The translations under genes and the position numbers were made by a program. Below the pieces are notes generated by a model, which saw nothing but the letters and a program-made list of their open reading frames with translations, had not been told where the DNA came from and searched no databases. From a virus (Duplodnaviria; Caudoviricetes), in IMG/VR virus record IMGVR_UViG_3300020045_014840, positions 1 through 36,880 of that record: a stretch of DNA of 36,880 nt, one strand, 5' to 3'. Below, in pieces: positions 6,921 to 16,206 of the stretch (the first letter of the stretch is position 1; every line of letters begins with the position of its first letter).

Positions 6921-8672
6921 TTAACAGACTAAAGTGCCACAGAAATAAGTTTCTGCAGTAGCTGCGCCTAGAATATTTTCTGTATCTCCAGCTTCTCCTG
7001 AAGCTACGATTGTTACGACTGCTGTATCTCCAGCTGTCATTAATGCCAAAATACTAATAAAAGCACTATGAGCGGTACTTGTAACAGGTCTTCCTACTGA
7101 ATTAACATATGTACGGGCACTCGTTCCAGTGATTACAATACTAATAACTACGGATGTAGGAGTTGAAAAATCATTCGCTGTAATCTGAGATCTTAGATCA
7201 TATATACCTGTAACAGGAGCCGTGAAAGTACCATTCACATTAAAATCGCCATTTCGGTCATAGACTTCCGTTAGAGCATCAGTTCCTAAAGTATAAGTTG
7301 CTCCAGCTCCTGTTTTGTCAGTAGCTGTAGAAGCCAGATAAGCAAAAAATGCAGGCTGCAGGGGCATCGTGATCTCACCTGCAACAGTACTTATGAGAAC
7401 ATCATTTGTGCCTAAGGTAGAATTTTGAGAAATCTTCCACTTGTCTGCATCAGAATTATCTATTCCAGATGCCCAGTTAGTAGAGGCTGAAATATTATAA
7501 TAAACATAGGCATCTCCTCCAGACGCCCCTCCTGCTTGAATCGCTACAAGAGAGGATGATGCCGTATTGGTATTATCGCTATTCGTTGTCTGATTTATGA
7601 CAGACCCTCCCACTGAACTTCTGGATACAAGTAAATTTCCTAATGGAACCGTAACAACGCCTGCTGTGGAAATTGTCAAAGTATCAGTTGTACCTAATGC
7701 TGTAGAGGCCGCAATTACATAAGCATCTGAGGCACTATTATCTATACCTTGAGACCAACTTGTTGATCCCGTGATAGTAAAGGTTTGGAAAGGATCTCCT
7801 CCTGAAGTGCCACCACTAATAATTTGGCAAAGAGCATGTGAGGCTACGTTTGTGTTATCTGTATTAGTGGCTCCCGTCTTTACCGTTCCCGCTGCTTGTG
7901 ATCGCGTAGCTAATATATCTCCGCTAGTAGCCGTTATGTCGCCTGCTACAATCAGACTATTCGCCCCGATTGTGGTAACGCCGGCAGTCGAAATATCTAG
8001 ATAATCATTAACGCCGAGGTAAGATCCGAAAGACACTTTGAATTTACTATCAGTAGCATCGCGTCCAACACTCCAGCTACTCCCCCCTCCTATTCCAGGC
8101 CCAGTTCCAAATATTATGAGAGCATCGCCTACATAACATTCAGCAAAAAAAGCCGCCCTTGAAAGTGTATCAGTGAGATCAGAATTTAATACTGTTAAAA
8201 CGCGAGTTATAGCCGGAGCATTACATGTAAATGTAAAATCTCCATTCATACTACTTGAAAAAAGAGGATCAGAATTATTCGCTCCGATGAGCATCGTTCC
8301 AGTAACTCCGACGGGAAGACTTGTGATAGTAGAAGTTCCCGCTCCTACTAAAACTGCATGATTAGTAAGTCCTGTCAGAGAGGTAGTAAGAGTCGATCCA
8401 CTACCTGCTATTGTGATACTTCCAGATCCAAGTAAATTCCAATTATTAGAAGAGGGAGAAATCGCCCCTCCACTATTGCCGGTAAGAGTTAATGCATCAG
8501 CTGCATCAACATCAATAGTAATGGTCTTACCAGAGGCGGATGTAGAGACGCCAGGACCCCCTAGAATCTCAAGATTATTGACTAGAGGAACCGCCGTCCC
8601 AGAATCCGTAGTAAAGCTAGTCGGGATCTGGGGATTTGTGATATTGACATCGACGAGTCCCCCTTGAGACAT
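6921..8672 (-). CDS. Tail fibre/spike with C-terminal C1q-like domain
   Basis: MSQGG N-terminus shared with 9338..12244; three internal repeats (WxxGxD motif); PAFFAY...FTAPVTGIY...YFCGTLV C1q-like head. Confidence 0.8.
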   Translation of the reverse strand: MSQGGLVDVNITNPQIPTSFTTDSGTAVPLVNNLEILGGPGVSTSASGKTITIDVDAADALTLTGNSGGAISPSSNNWNLLGSGSITIAGSGSTLTTSLTGLTNHAVLVGAGTSTITSLPVGVTGTMLIGANNSDPLFSSSMNGDFTFTCNAPAITRVLTVLNSDLTDTLSRAAFFAECYVGDALIIFGTGPGIGGGSSWSVGRDATDSKFKVSFGSYLGVNDYLDISTAGVTTIGANSLIVAGDITATSGDILATRSQAAGTVKTGATNTDNTNVASHALCQIISGGTSGGDPFQTFTITGSTSWSQGIDNSASDAYVIAASTALGTTDTLTISTAGVVTVPLGNLLVSRSSVGGSVINQTTNSDNTNTASSSLVAIQAGGASGGDAYVYYNISASTNWASGIDNSDADKWKISQNSTLGTNDVLISTVAGEITMPLQPAFFAYLASTATDKTGAGATYTLGTDALTEVYDRNGDFNVNGTFTAPVTGIYDLRSQITANDFSTPTSVVISIVITGTSARTYVNSVGRPVTSTAHSAFISILALMTAGDTAVVTIVASGEAGDTENILGAATAETYFCGTLVC

Positions 8673-8673
8673 T

Positions 8674-8829
8674 TTACCATTCCCCTTCTGGAGATGAACC
8701 GGTGAAGTCTATTTTGGCTCCTGTCTGAGCTTCGATGAGATCTTCTACCTTTTCCTCAACGACATTATCAGGCCAAACATTCATCCATGAACAGCTAGAT
8801 AAAAAACTTATGAAGATGATGTAGCGCAT
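8674..8829 (-). CDS. Small lipoprotein (51 aa, not in ORF track)
   Basis: MRYIIFISFLSSC lipobox then DNVVEEKVEDLIEAQTGAKIDFTGSSPE; GAGGAGG SD. Confidence 0.8.
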   Translation of the reverse strand: MRYIIFISFLSSCSWMNVWPDNVVEEKVEDLIEAQTGAKIDFTGSSPEGEW

Positions 8830-8951
8830 AGTGCCTCCTCATCATAAATAGGCCATGTTATGACTGGGATGGGATCCGAGGAGGGAAACTGATCGGACTC
8901 CTCCGCTAAGATTTTAGTGATACTGAAAAACAGAAAGAAAATCTTGGTCAT
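8808..8951 (-). CDS. Small signal-peptide-like protein (47 aa, not in ORF track)
   Basis: MTKIFFLFFSITKILAEESDQFPSSDPIPV...; fills the gap between two lipoprotein genes. Confidence 0.45.
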   Translation of the reverse strand: MTKIFFLFFSITKILAEESDQFPSSDPIPVITWPIYDEEALCATSSS

Positions 8952-8957
8952 AGGAAC

Positions 8958-9128
8958 CTATTGTTGAGCTTTAGCTTCAGACTTGTCTATAGGAAATACT
9001 TGGATCTGTATTCCTTTTCCTGTATCAAGAGAGCTTCGATGCACTTGAGCATCCACGTCAAATCCTGGCTTTCCATTCATACAGCTAGCCATCATGAGAG
9101 TAATCACAATCAACATTCCGTACTTCAT
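8958..9128 (-). CDS. Small lipoprotein (56 aa, not in ORF track)
   Basis: MKYGMLIVITLMMASC lipobox; GGAG upstream. Confidence 0.7.
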   Translation of the reverse strand: MKYGMLIVITLMMASCMNGKPGFDVDAQVHRSSLDTGKGIQIQVFPIDKSEAKAQQ

Positions 9129-9132
9129 AAAA

Positions 9133-9330
9133 TCAACTCTCCATTACATTTTTTATCAGTTTTTCCAACTCAACTTGTTGGATTATTTTTTCATAGGATT
9201 TTCTGAGCCTTGCCTCATAAGAACAATTCTCATTTTTTGATTCTTTTTCTATGATGATTCTCACCAGTTCTGCATCAGATATAGCTATTTTTCTCAATAT
9301 TTCTTCTGGAGTATAAAGATCGATAATCAT
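9133..9330 (-). CDS. Hypothetical protein
   Basis: 65 aa, GAGGA SD, co-oriented in the fibre operon. Confidence 0.65.
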   Translation of the reverse strand: MIIDLYTPEEILRKIAISDAELVRIIIEKESKNENCSYEARLRKSYEKIIQQVELEKLIKNVMES

Positions 9331-9337
9331 GAAATCC

Positions 9338-12244
9338 TCATGTAAGACATAAGACTGCCCATCTATCAGAATTCACTTTGATGAGATGTACTCCCCCTCG
9401 ATTGAATGTATAGTTGGTCGTATTTTGACACCAAATAAATCCATCGTTGGCATCATAGTTGTCTACAAGAGTACAGGTACTGGAAGAAGAGTTCGACCAT
9501 ACATAGATTATCTGTCCTTCTGTCCCTCCTGTAAAATGACGAACGGTGATCGCTCCTCCTCCCGTATTGGAAAGTTTTACACGAGATTTACCTGCTACAC
9601 TGACATCGCCTGTAGTCCCACTGGCCACCGTTACTTCATCAGTAAGGGTTTGTATTCCATCTACTTGTAATAAAGTCGAACTGATTGTATCGCCAGTGAC
9701 GGTTAAATCATCATCGACCGTGGCATCGGTCGTCACTTGGAGTGTTGTAAATTTTCCCGTAGAGGCAGAAGAAGCGCCGATTGCTGTTCCATCAATAGCA
9801 CCCCCGTTGATATCAGCGGTTGTTATGGTTCCAGTAGTGAATGTTCCAGCGGCTGCACTGCTTCCTCCAATAGTAGTACCGTCTATCGTTCCCGAGTTGC
9901 AATCTATTTTAGAAATAACAACGTTTCCAGTCCCATTAGGAGTTATATTTATAGCTCCATCGGTATTCATGGAAATGATGGTGTTGCCATTGATATTGAT
10001 ATTATCTACGGTAAAATCCGTACAATCTAATGTAGTAAATGTGCCAGTAGATGCCGAAGCAAGTCCTACCGTTGTTCCATCAACGGCACCTCCGTTGATG
10101 TCTACCTTAGACATGACAACGGATCCAGTTCCTTTGGGTGTGATAGTGATATTTATGGCTGCATCAGTTCCATCGGCTGATAGAGTAGTTCCTACAAGAG
10201 TAACGCCAGCGGCCACTACATTTGTGTCGAAAGTAGTTCCTAAGATTGTGGTAGAGGTAAGGGAAGTAAGACCCGTTATCGTTGTATCAAGGTTTAGAGT
10301 AACTGTAGAGCCTGATCCAGTCGAACCGATATTTGTTCCTCCAGCAATCGTAAGAGCTCCGGCAGCGGGCGTAGCTGTTCCTGAATCAGTAGGAAAGGAA
10401 TTAGATACAGCTCCATCGGTTTCTATATTGATCGTTCCGGTACCAAATGTAAGATCAATTGTCCCGCCAGTAGATGTAATGGCTCCAGCTACAGGAGGCG
10501 CTCCTGTAAATCCGATGACGAGCTGTCCGTTGGTGAGAGGACCCACTCCCTCAAGAAAACCAGTCGCTCCATAATAAGGCACAGTATTTTGAGTGGCATA
10601 GGAAATGCCGACTCTTCCTGTACCATCTGGAGTCAATAAAATATTACCATTTACGTTGAATGAAGCGATGGTATTGCTATTGATACTGATATTATCGACG
10701 TCTAAAGCCTGAAGAGTCGCCGTTCCACTTAATAAAGCTGCATTCGTAATGAATATGGCTCCAGAACCTGCTGGAGTTAAGTTGATACTTCTATCTGCGT
10801 CTGTTCCCGTAGTCGAAATGGTCGTAGAATTAATGGAAATATTGCTTGTTGTAGGGGCTGTAATAAATGTAGTGGCTGTAGCTGTTGTAAATTTTCCAGT
10901 AGTCGCGGAAGAGGCACCTATGGTAGTCCCATCAATCGTTCCAGAATTGATATCTACTTTAGACATCACAACAGATCCAGTTCCTTTAGGAGTGATGGTG
11001 ATATCTATAGCTGCATCTGTTCCATCCGCCGAAAGAGTTGTACCTACTAGAGTGACACCGGCAGCTACAACATTCGTATCAAAAGTAGTACCTAAAATAG
11101 TGGTAGAAGTAAGAGAAGTGAGACCTGTAACCGTAGTATCAAGATTGATAGTTACAGTAGAAGCGGCACCAGATGAATTTAGATTTGTCCCTCCTGCAAT
11201 CGTAAGTGCACCGGAAGAAGGGGTAGCGGTTCCAGAATCTGTTGGGAAAGAAAGAGCTACTGCTGATCCTGTAGTAAGACCTAAGGTGCCGGCTCCTGTT
11301 GTAAAGGCGATGGAACTGTCAGAAGAAGTAAGAGTAGCAAAAATGGGATCTGCCGCTGTAGAACCTAAGAGAACTTGACCGTTAGTTCCGACTGCTAGCT
11401 TTGTGATGGTACTTGTATTGGCTCCCACAAGAACGGCATGATTGGTGAGCCCCGTCAATTGCGTTGTAAGGGTGTTTAAAGAGCCTACCGTGGTTATACT
11501 GCCCGATCCATCCATATTGACAAGACCGGCTACGGTGGGTACTACAGGATCGGTTCCCGAGTCAGGAGAAAAGGTGTCTATGCCAACACTTCCTCCAGCA
11601 AGATCAATATTGAGAGTTCCCGCTCCAGCCGTGATAGTGATCGTTCCTCCAGAAGAAGTTAGAGTAGAAGCAACAGGAGAGGCGCCTGTAGAACCAATCA
11701 CAAATTGACCACTAGACAGAGTAAGAGAAGAAAGAGCTCCCGTGGTTGTAGTGTTAGAAATTACGACACCATTTACACTGAATGCAGTGGCGGCTGTTCC
11801 CCCTCCTACAATTTGGGCTGTTCCAAAAATAGGATCTAATGAAACACCTTGGGAAATAAGAGGGATGCCGGATACTCCAGGCAAGACTTTAGTGATAGTA
11901 GAAGTACCGGCACCTATGAGAACTGCGTGATTGGTGAGGCCTGTGAGCTCTAAAGTGAGTGTAGCGGTGGGCACATCACCAGAAGTAGTAAAGCTGCCTC
12001 CCCCGAGGATATTCCAATTATCTAGAATAGGCAGTACAGGATCGCCTGAATTGCCTGTAATGGAAAGAATGGCAAGTGTTGATTCGACAGTGACGATATT
12101 TGAAGCGCCAGTAGTAGTAACCCCGGTTCCCCCTCTGATCTGAATTACATTGGCACTCGGAACAGCTGTGCCGGAATCTGTTTCAAAAGAGGTAGGGATT
12201 TGAGGATTCGAAATATTGACATCAGTGATCCCACCTTGGCTCAA
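9338..12244 (-). CDS. Large tail fibre protein (968 aa, TTG start)
   Basis: Gly/Thr-rich; repeated TDSGTAxP, GLTNHAVLxG, ITPxGTG and IDGTTIG modules typical of phage fibres. Confidence 0.82.
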   Translation of the reverse strand: MSQGGITDVNISNPQIPTSFETDSGTAVPSANVIQIRGGTGVTTTGASNIVTVESTLAILSITGNSGDPVLPILDNWNILGGGSFTTSGDVPTATLTLELTGLTNHAVLIGAGTSTITKVLPGVSGIPLISQGVSLDPIFGTAQIVGGGTAATAFSVNGVVISNTTTTGALSSLTLSSGQFVIGSTGASPVASTLTSSGGTITITAGAGTLNIDLAGGSVGIDTFSPDSGTDPVVPTVAGLVNMDGSGSITTVGSLNTLTTQLTGLTNHAVLVGANTSTITKLAVGTNGQVLLGSTAADPIFATLTSSDSSIAFTTGAGTLGLTTGSAVALSFPTDSGTATPSSGALTIAGGTNLNSSGAASTVTINLDTTVTGLTSLTSTTILGTTFDTNVVAAGVTLVGTTLSADGTDAAIDITITPKGTGSVVMSKVDINSGTIDGTTIGASSATTGKFTTATATTFITAPTTSNISINSTTISTTGTDADRSINLTPAGSGAIFITNAALLSGTATLQALDVDNISINSNTIASFNVNGNILLTPDGTGRVGISYATQNTVPYYGATGFLEGVGPLTNGQLVIGFTGAPPVAGAITSTGGTIDLTFGTGTINIETDGAVSNSFPTDSGTATPAAGALTIAGGTNIGSTGSGSTVTLNLDTTITGLTSLTSTTILGTTFDTNVVAAGVTLVGTTLSADGTDAAINITITPKGTGSVVMSKVDINGGAVDGTTVGLASASTGTFTTLDCTDFTVDNININGNTIISMNTDGAINITPNGTGNVVISKIDCNSGTIDGTTIGGSSAAAGTFTTGTITTADINGGAIDGTAIGASSASTGKFTTLQVTTDATVDDDLTVTGDTISSTLLQVDGIQTLTDEVTVASGTTGDVSVAGKSRVKLSNTGGGAITVRHFTGGTEGQIIYVWSNSSSSTCTLVDNYDANDGFIWCQNTTNYTFNRGGVHLIKVNSDRWAVLCLT

Positions 12245-12247
12245 GAC

Positions 12248-12937
12248 TCACCTTTTATTTGTCTGTAATGCACTTAACTTATTAGATATACGCTCAATTT
12301 GGGTGTATATATTTTCTATGTTTTTTTGTAGAAGATAGATATCTTTTTTGTTGATATCATTTTCTTTCTTAATTCCTGCTAAATGAATGACATTTAGATC
12401 TATAGCTGCATCTATCTCTTGTCTCTTATCTTTCTCAGTTGAAAGTTCTTTCAGGCATTGTTGCTCTACGTCGCCAATAAGAGTGTAAAGTTTTAATGAT
12501 ACTTCTCCAATTTTCTCTTCAAGATATTCTTTTTGACGAGAAAAAGATCCTTTTACTTGCGCAAGCCACTGATCTATTTTATTCTCAAAAGCTTTGAAAC
12601 CATCAACACTCAAAAAATATGAATCTCTCTTATCGATGATATCTTTAAAACATGAAAAATTTTCCTTAGATTCCTTTTCTAAATCATGAATCTCTCGGAA
12701 AGCTTGAGAAAGAGAATCTTCTCCTTTCTTATATAGAAATTTTATCGTTTCATGAAGATTTTCTATAGCTATCTTAGAATCATTGTGACGTTTAGATACA
12801 TTTGCATCTACATCTTTAAGTTTTTGACATAAAGATTCTACAGCGATATTGCACTCTAAAACAGCATCATTATGATTCTTAATCTCTTGCTGTACGACAA
12901 GAGCAAATTCTTTGGAGAGATCTTTTCTTTTTAACAC
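12248..12937 (-). CDS. Coiled-coil protein in the fibre operon
   Basis: 229 aa, helical heptad character, GTG start, tight packing with neighbours. Confidence 0.7.
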   Translation of the reverse strand: MLKRKDLSKEFALVVQQEIKNHNDAVLECNIAVESLCQKLKDVDANVSKRHNDSKIAIENLHETIKFLYKKGEDSLSQAFREIHDLEKESKENFSCFKDIIDKRDSYFLSVDGFKAFENKIDQWLAQVKGSFSRQKEYLEEKIGEVSLKLYTLIGDVEQQCLKELSTEKDKRQEIDAAIDLNVIHLAGIKKENDINKKDIYLLQKNIENIYTQIERISNKLSALQTNKR

Positions 12938-12940
12938 GTT

Positions 12941-13270
12941 TTAGCCGTAAATACACTCTATATAAACGGAACCGCTGACAGGTGCTGTCACTTGTTTCAC
13001 TGAAAATTGGGTACCTGTCTCTAATACAAACTTATCATCGAATTGAGGGTTGATGTTTGATTGGAGATCGTAGAGTCGAAATGAACCCGCTGGAAGGAAC
13101 ATCTCATCTTGTGAAGTATCAGTCGTAAAGTAGAGATCACCTGCTGTGTTATTTGTGATACAAAAGGCTCTGACTGGATAACCAGTAGGATCTCCTACAG
13201 AGGCATAGGAGCCAGAGATACCCGCAAATCCAAGCGTTTTTATCGCTTCAAAATATACTCTAGCTCCCAT
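12941..13270 (-). CDS. Putative small virion/fibre-associated beta protein
   Basis: 109 aa beta-rich (AFCITNNTAGDLYF...GSVYIECIY); AAGGA SD. Confidence 0.7.
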   Translation of the reverse strand: MGARVYFEAIKTLGFAGISGSYASVGDPTGYPVRAFCITNNTAGDLYFTTDTSQDEMFLPAGSFRLYDLQSNINPQFDDKFVLETGTQFSVKQVTAPVSGSVYIECIYG

Positions 13271-13274
13271 AACT

Positions 13275-13475
13275 TTATCCTTTAGCGTCTATTTGTTTTT
13301 GTGCGTCGGCTTCTGCTTGTTGAGCTTTTTGCGCTTCCACCATCTTATCGACGACGATTCCTTTCAGCTGCATAAGAGCATCATGGATCTCGCCTAAGGG
13401 ACTGTCAGCTGCACAGAGAAGGATATATTTGCGCTCGCCAATTTGGATTTCTCCCATTGCTCCTGATCTGAACAT
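13275..13475 (-). CDS. Hypothetical protein
   Basis: 66 aa, GGAG SD. Confidence 0.7.
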   Translation of the reverse strand: MFRSGAMGEIQIGERKYILLCAADSPLGEIHDALMQLKGIVVDKMVEAQKAQQAEADAQKQIDAKG

Positions 13476-13554
13476 CTTTACTCCATTTGGTTTAAGGGTT
13501 TAACCTCTCTTAAAATTACATTCAAGAGAGGCTAAATGTCAACGCTACGTTATC

Positions 13555-15909
13555 CTACGTCTGTCTGAAAATTATGTAGTCAAAGCTAGAAACATCTGTC
13601 GCAACTGCTGCTCCAGCTGCGCTATAAGAGGCTACTGTAAACGATGTAGCAGCACTGATCGTAGTGACTAAGAATCCGAGGGCTGGGGTAGCATTTAGAG
13701 CAGATCGCGTGACAAAAATCCTATCGGTAGCTGCAATATTCGTATTGGCTATAGTTACAGTTCCACCAACTAACGTACCTTGTCCTATAAAATCTGTAAC
13801 GGCTCCTCCATTAAGACGTATTTGCGTAGCAACAGATGTCAAGCTAACGTTCCCCGTCAAACTGATGCCGCCAGAACCCGACTGGATTGTCGTGGCCGAA
13901 GTAGTGTTTGTAGAACCCAAAGTGACAGCGTTGGCTCCAGCGCCAGCCCCGATATTAATCGTCTTGCCGCCAGTAGAGTTCGCAATATTGATCGTCTGCG
14001 TTCCCGTTCCACCGAGGATAGTCGCAGTACCGGTGTTGGCTCCTGTACCGCCGAAGTTAATCGTACCGGAAGTTGTGCTAGGGGCAAAAGTGTAGGTAGA
14101 GGTGGCAGCTCCATCGAGAGAGAAGTTACCTGTACCGCAAAGGAGAGATAACGAAGCGGAACCTGAAGCAGAACCGATGATGACTACGTTGGCAACTGCG
14201 CCTGTTGCGATATTCACTGCCTTGGCGGATGTTGCTCCTCCAGCGATATTGACGGTAGTAGCACCTTCGCCCGCGCCGATGGCCACGATGTTTGTTCCAG
14301 AAGAAGAGCCAAGTGTCATCGTACCGGTTTGGGCGGTCCCACCGATGACGATCGTGCCTGTGGTTGTTGCAGCTCCGATCGCATAGGTAGTTGCTCCTAC
14401 TCCATCCAGAGAAAAGTTGCCTGTTCCGGTAAGGAAGGAAAGTGCAGAAGCTCCTGTGACTGAGCCGATGGTAATCAAGTTTGCTCCAGCGCCAGCGCCG
14501 ATTTGGATTGTCTTGCCACCAGTCGAATTACCGATATTGATCGTCTGAGCACCTGAACCACCAAAAATGGTCGCGGTACCCGTATTAGCTCCTGTACCCC
14601 CGATATTAAATGTACCGGAAGTTGTGGCAGGACCAAAGGTGTAGGCCGAAGTTGCAGCGCCATCAACGGAGAAGTTTCCTGTACCGACTTTAAGAGCCAT
14701 AGAGGCTGCTCCAGTCGTAGAGCCGATGATCACAACGTTAGCGACCGCTCCGGTAGCGATATTCACTGCCTTGGCGTTTGTAGCACCTGATGCCACGTTA
14801 ACCGTGGTAGCACCAGCTCCCGTTCCCACGTTCACAATATTTGTTCCAGACGATGAACCCAGAGTCATCGTGCCAGTTTGAGCCGTACCACCGATGGTGA
14901 TCGTTCCTGTCGTGGTTGAAGCTCCAACCGTGTAAGTAGAACCGGCGACGCCATCGAGAACATAGTTACCAGTACCGACAGATTCTACGATCGCAGTAGC
15001 TCCCGTGGTATTACCGATGGTGATGCTATGGGCGATTGCGTTCGTACCGATGTTAAGGGCACCTGTTCCGCAATCTAGTACAATTGATGTGGCTCCCGTT
15101 GAGTTACCTACCGTAATTGTACGGGCGGCAGCGCCGGTCCCCACGTTAATATTCTGGGCATCTGCATCGTTACCGATGCCAATCACGCCAGCTGAAGAGT
15201 TAAGTTCGAGAACGCCATCTGCATCGAGCAGCATCGTGTCATCGGAATTCAGGATGATATCGCCCGTACTTGTAGTTGTGACGGTGAAGTGACCTGTTCC
15301 TGTATTGATGGCGACTGCAGTTGCTCCCGAAACGTTACCGATAGTAATTGTACGAGCCGCAGCTCCCGTTCCGATGTTCACAGCGGCAGTATCTGCATCA
15401 GAAGCCAGATTTAGAGTAGCTCCTGCAGTCAGGATAGTCGCGCTGGCGGATAGAGAAGCTAGGCCGGAAGCAGAGATCGTAGTAAAAGAACCGGCCCCAG
15501 GGGTAGTACCACCAATAGCTGGAGGGGTAGCCAGAAGAGAAACTACGTTCGCAGGGGTCATGGCTACGTTAGTATTGGTTCCCGCTTGGGCTTCTGCGGT
15601 TGTAGCGAGTTGACCGATTCCAGATACAGTTTCAGACCAGGCAGGCGCGCCAGCGATAGCCAAAGCATCTGCGTAAACTTTAGTGGCAACTGGAGAGTTG
15701 TTGTCAGTCAGAAGGACAACGCCCTCGATGAGTGTGGTAGCGGAAGGGACAAGAGTACCTACAGCCGATTCTAGGGTGGCTGGAGAGATGACGAGATTGG
15801 TAGCTGTACCCGCAGCTGCTTCTGTTTCATTAGCAAAGCGGGCTTCGCCCGTCCAGCTTTGAGTACCTTGTTTGCCCATGTAAGAATTGGGACGCGCATA
15901 TTTTGGCAT
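13555..15909 (-). CDS. Gly/Ala/Thr-rich fibre or beta-solenoid protein (784 aa)
   Basis: N-terminal fibre repeats (GIGQLATTAEAQAGT...MTP); many xIGxG repeats; 183-aa internal duplication. Confidence 0.8.
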   Translation of the reverse strand: MPKYARPNSYMGKQGTQSWTGEARFANETEAAAGTATNLVISPATLESAVGTLVPSATTLIEGVVLLTDNNSPVATKVYADALAIAGAPAWSETVSGIGQLATTAEAQAGTNTNVAMTPANVVSLLATPPAIGGTTPGAGSFTTISASGLASLSASATILTAGATLNLASDADTAAVNIGTGAAARTITIGNVSGATAVAINTGTGHFTVTTTSTGDIILNSDDTMLLDADGVLELNSSAGVIGIGNDADAQNINVGTGAAARTITVGNSTGATSIVLDCGTGALNIGTNAIAHSITIGNTTGATAIVESVGTGNYVLDGVAGSTYTVGASTTTGTITIGGTAQTGTMTLGSSSGTNIVNVGTGAGATTVNVASGATNAKAVNIATGAVANVVIIGSTTGAASMALKVGTGNFSVDGAATSAYTFGPATTSGTFNIGGTGANTGTATIFGGSGAQTINIGNSTGGKTIQIGAGAGANLITIGSVTGASALSFLTGTGNFSLDGVGATTYAIGAATTTGTIVIGGTAQTGTMTLGSSSGTNIVAIGAGEGATTVNIAGGATSAKAVNIATGAVANVVIIGSASGSASLSLLCGTGNFSLDGAATSTYTFAPSTTSGTINFGGTGANTGTATILGGTGTQTINIANSTGGKTINIGAGAGANAVTLGSTNTTSATTIQSGSGGISLTGNVSLTSVATQIRLNGGAVTDFIGQGTLVGGTVTIANTNIAATDRIFVTRSALNATPALGFLVTTISAATSFTVASYSAAGAAVATDVSSFDYIIFRQT

Positions 15910-15967
15910 CTTATTTTTCCTATTTAAGGTGGTTTTCTTTTTCCTTAAAATTAATTTGAAAGAGAGG

Positions 15968-15996
15968 TAGATGCAATCGGAAAATGGTGGTAGAAT
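15968..15996 (+). promoter_or_regulatory. Putative promoter for the RHH-terL operon
   Basis: TAGATG-N17-TAGAAT with extended -10 TG in the divergent intergenic region. Confidence 0.55.
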
Positions 15997-16023
15997 CAGT
16001 TCAGTCTATCGTTATATAAGGCC

Positions 16024-16206
16024 ATGAAAGAAGACGACTCAGACAACACGCAGATCAATATCCGCATCCCCAAGAAAGCTTTTGTAGAGCTAAAGATCAT
16101 GTGCATCTTGACCAATAGAACGCTGAGCAGCTTCTTAAGGACGGCTATTAGAGAAAAGATCATCCAAATCAAGGAACAGCAAAAGAATGACCGGAATCCT
16201 ATCTAA
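16024..16206 (+). CDS. Ribbon-helix-helix (Arc/CopG-like) regulator
   Basis: TQINIRIPK..FVELK..C....RTLSSFLRTAIREKI RHH pattern. Confidence 0.75.
   Translation: MKEDDSDNTQINIRIPKKAFVELKIMCILTNRTLSSFLRTAIREKIIQIKEQQKNDRNPI

Noticed and set aside
13504-13542. CCTCTCTT/AAGAGAGG inverted repeat overlapping TTGACA-N18-TAATTT on the minus strand
   Set aside because: Could be an internal promoter, operator or weak terminator; long loop and no U-tract, so the function could not be assigned
9386-15774. Long + strand ORFs (e.g. 9546..10574, 10749..11378, 13664..14095)
   Set aside because: Antisense shadows of Gly/Thr/Ala-rich fibre genes; Val/Pro-rich translations with no SD or domain signal
6921-15909. 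Diversity-generating retroelement or invertible fibre switch
   Set aside because: No reverse transcriptase or invertase; repeat copies differ at synonymous sites of all bases, not adenine-specifically, and are direct rather than inverted
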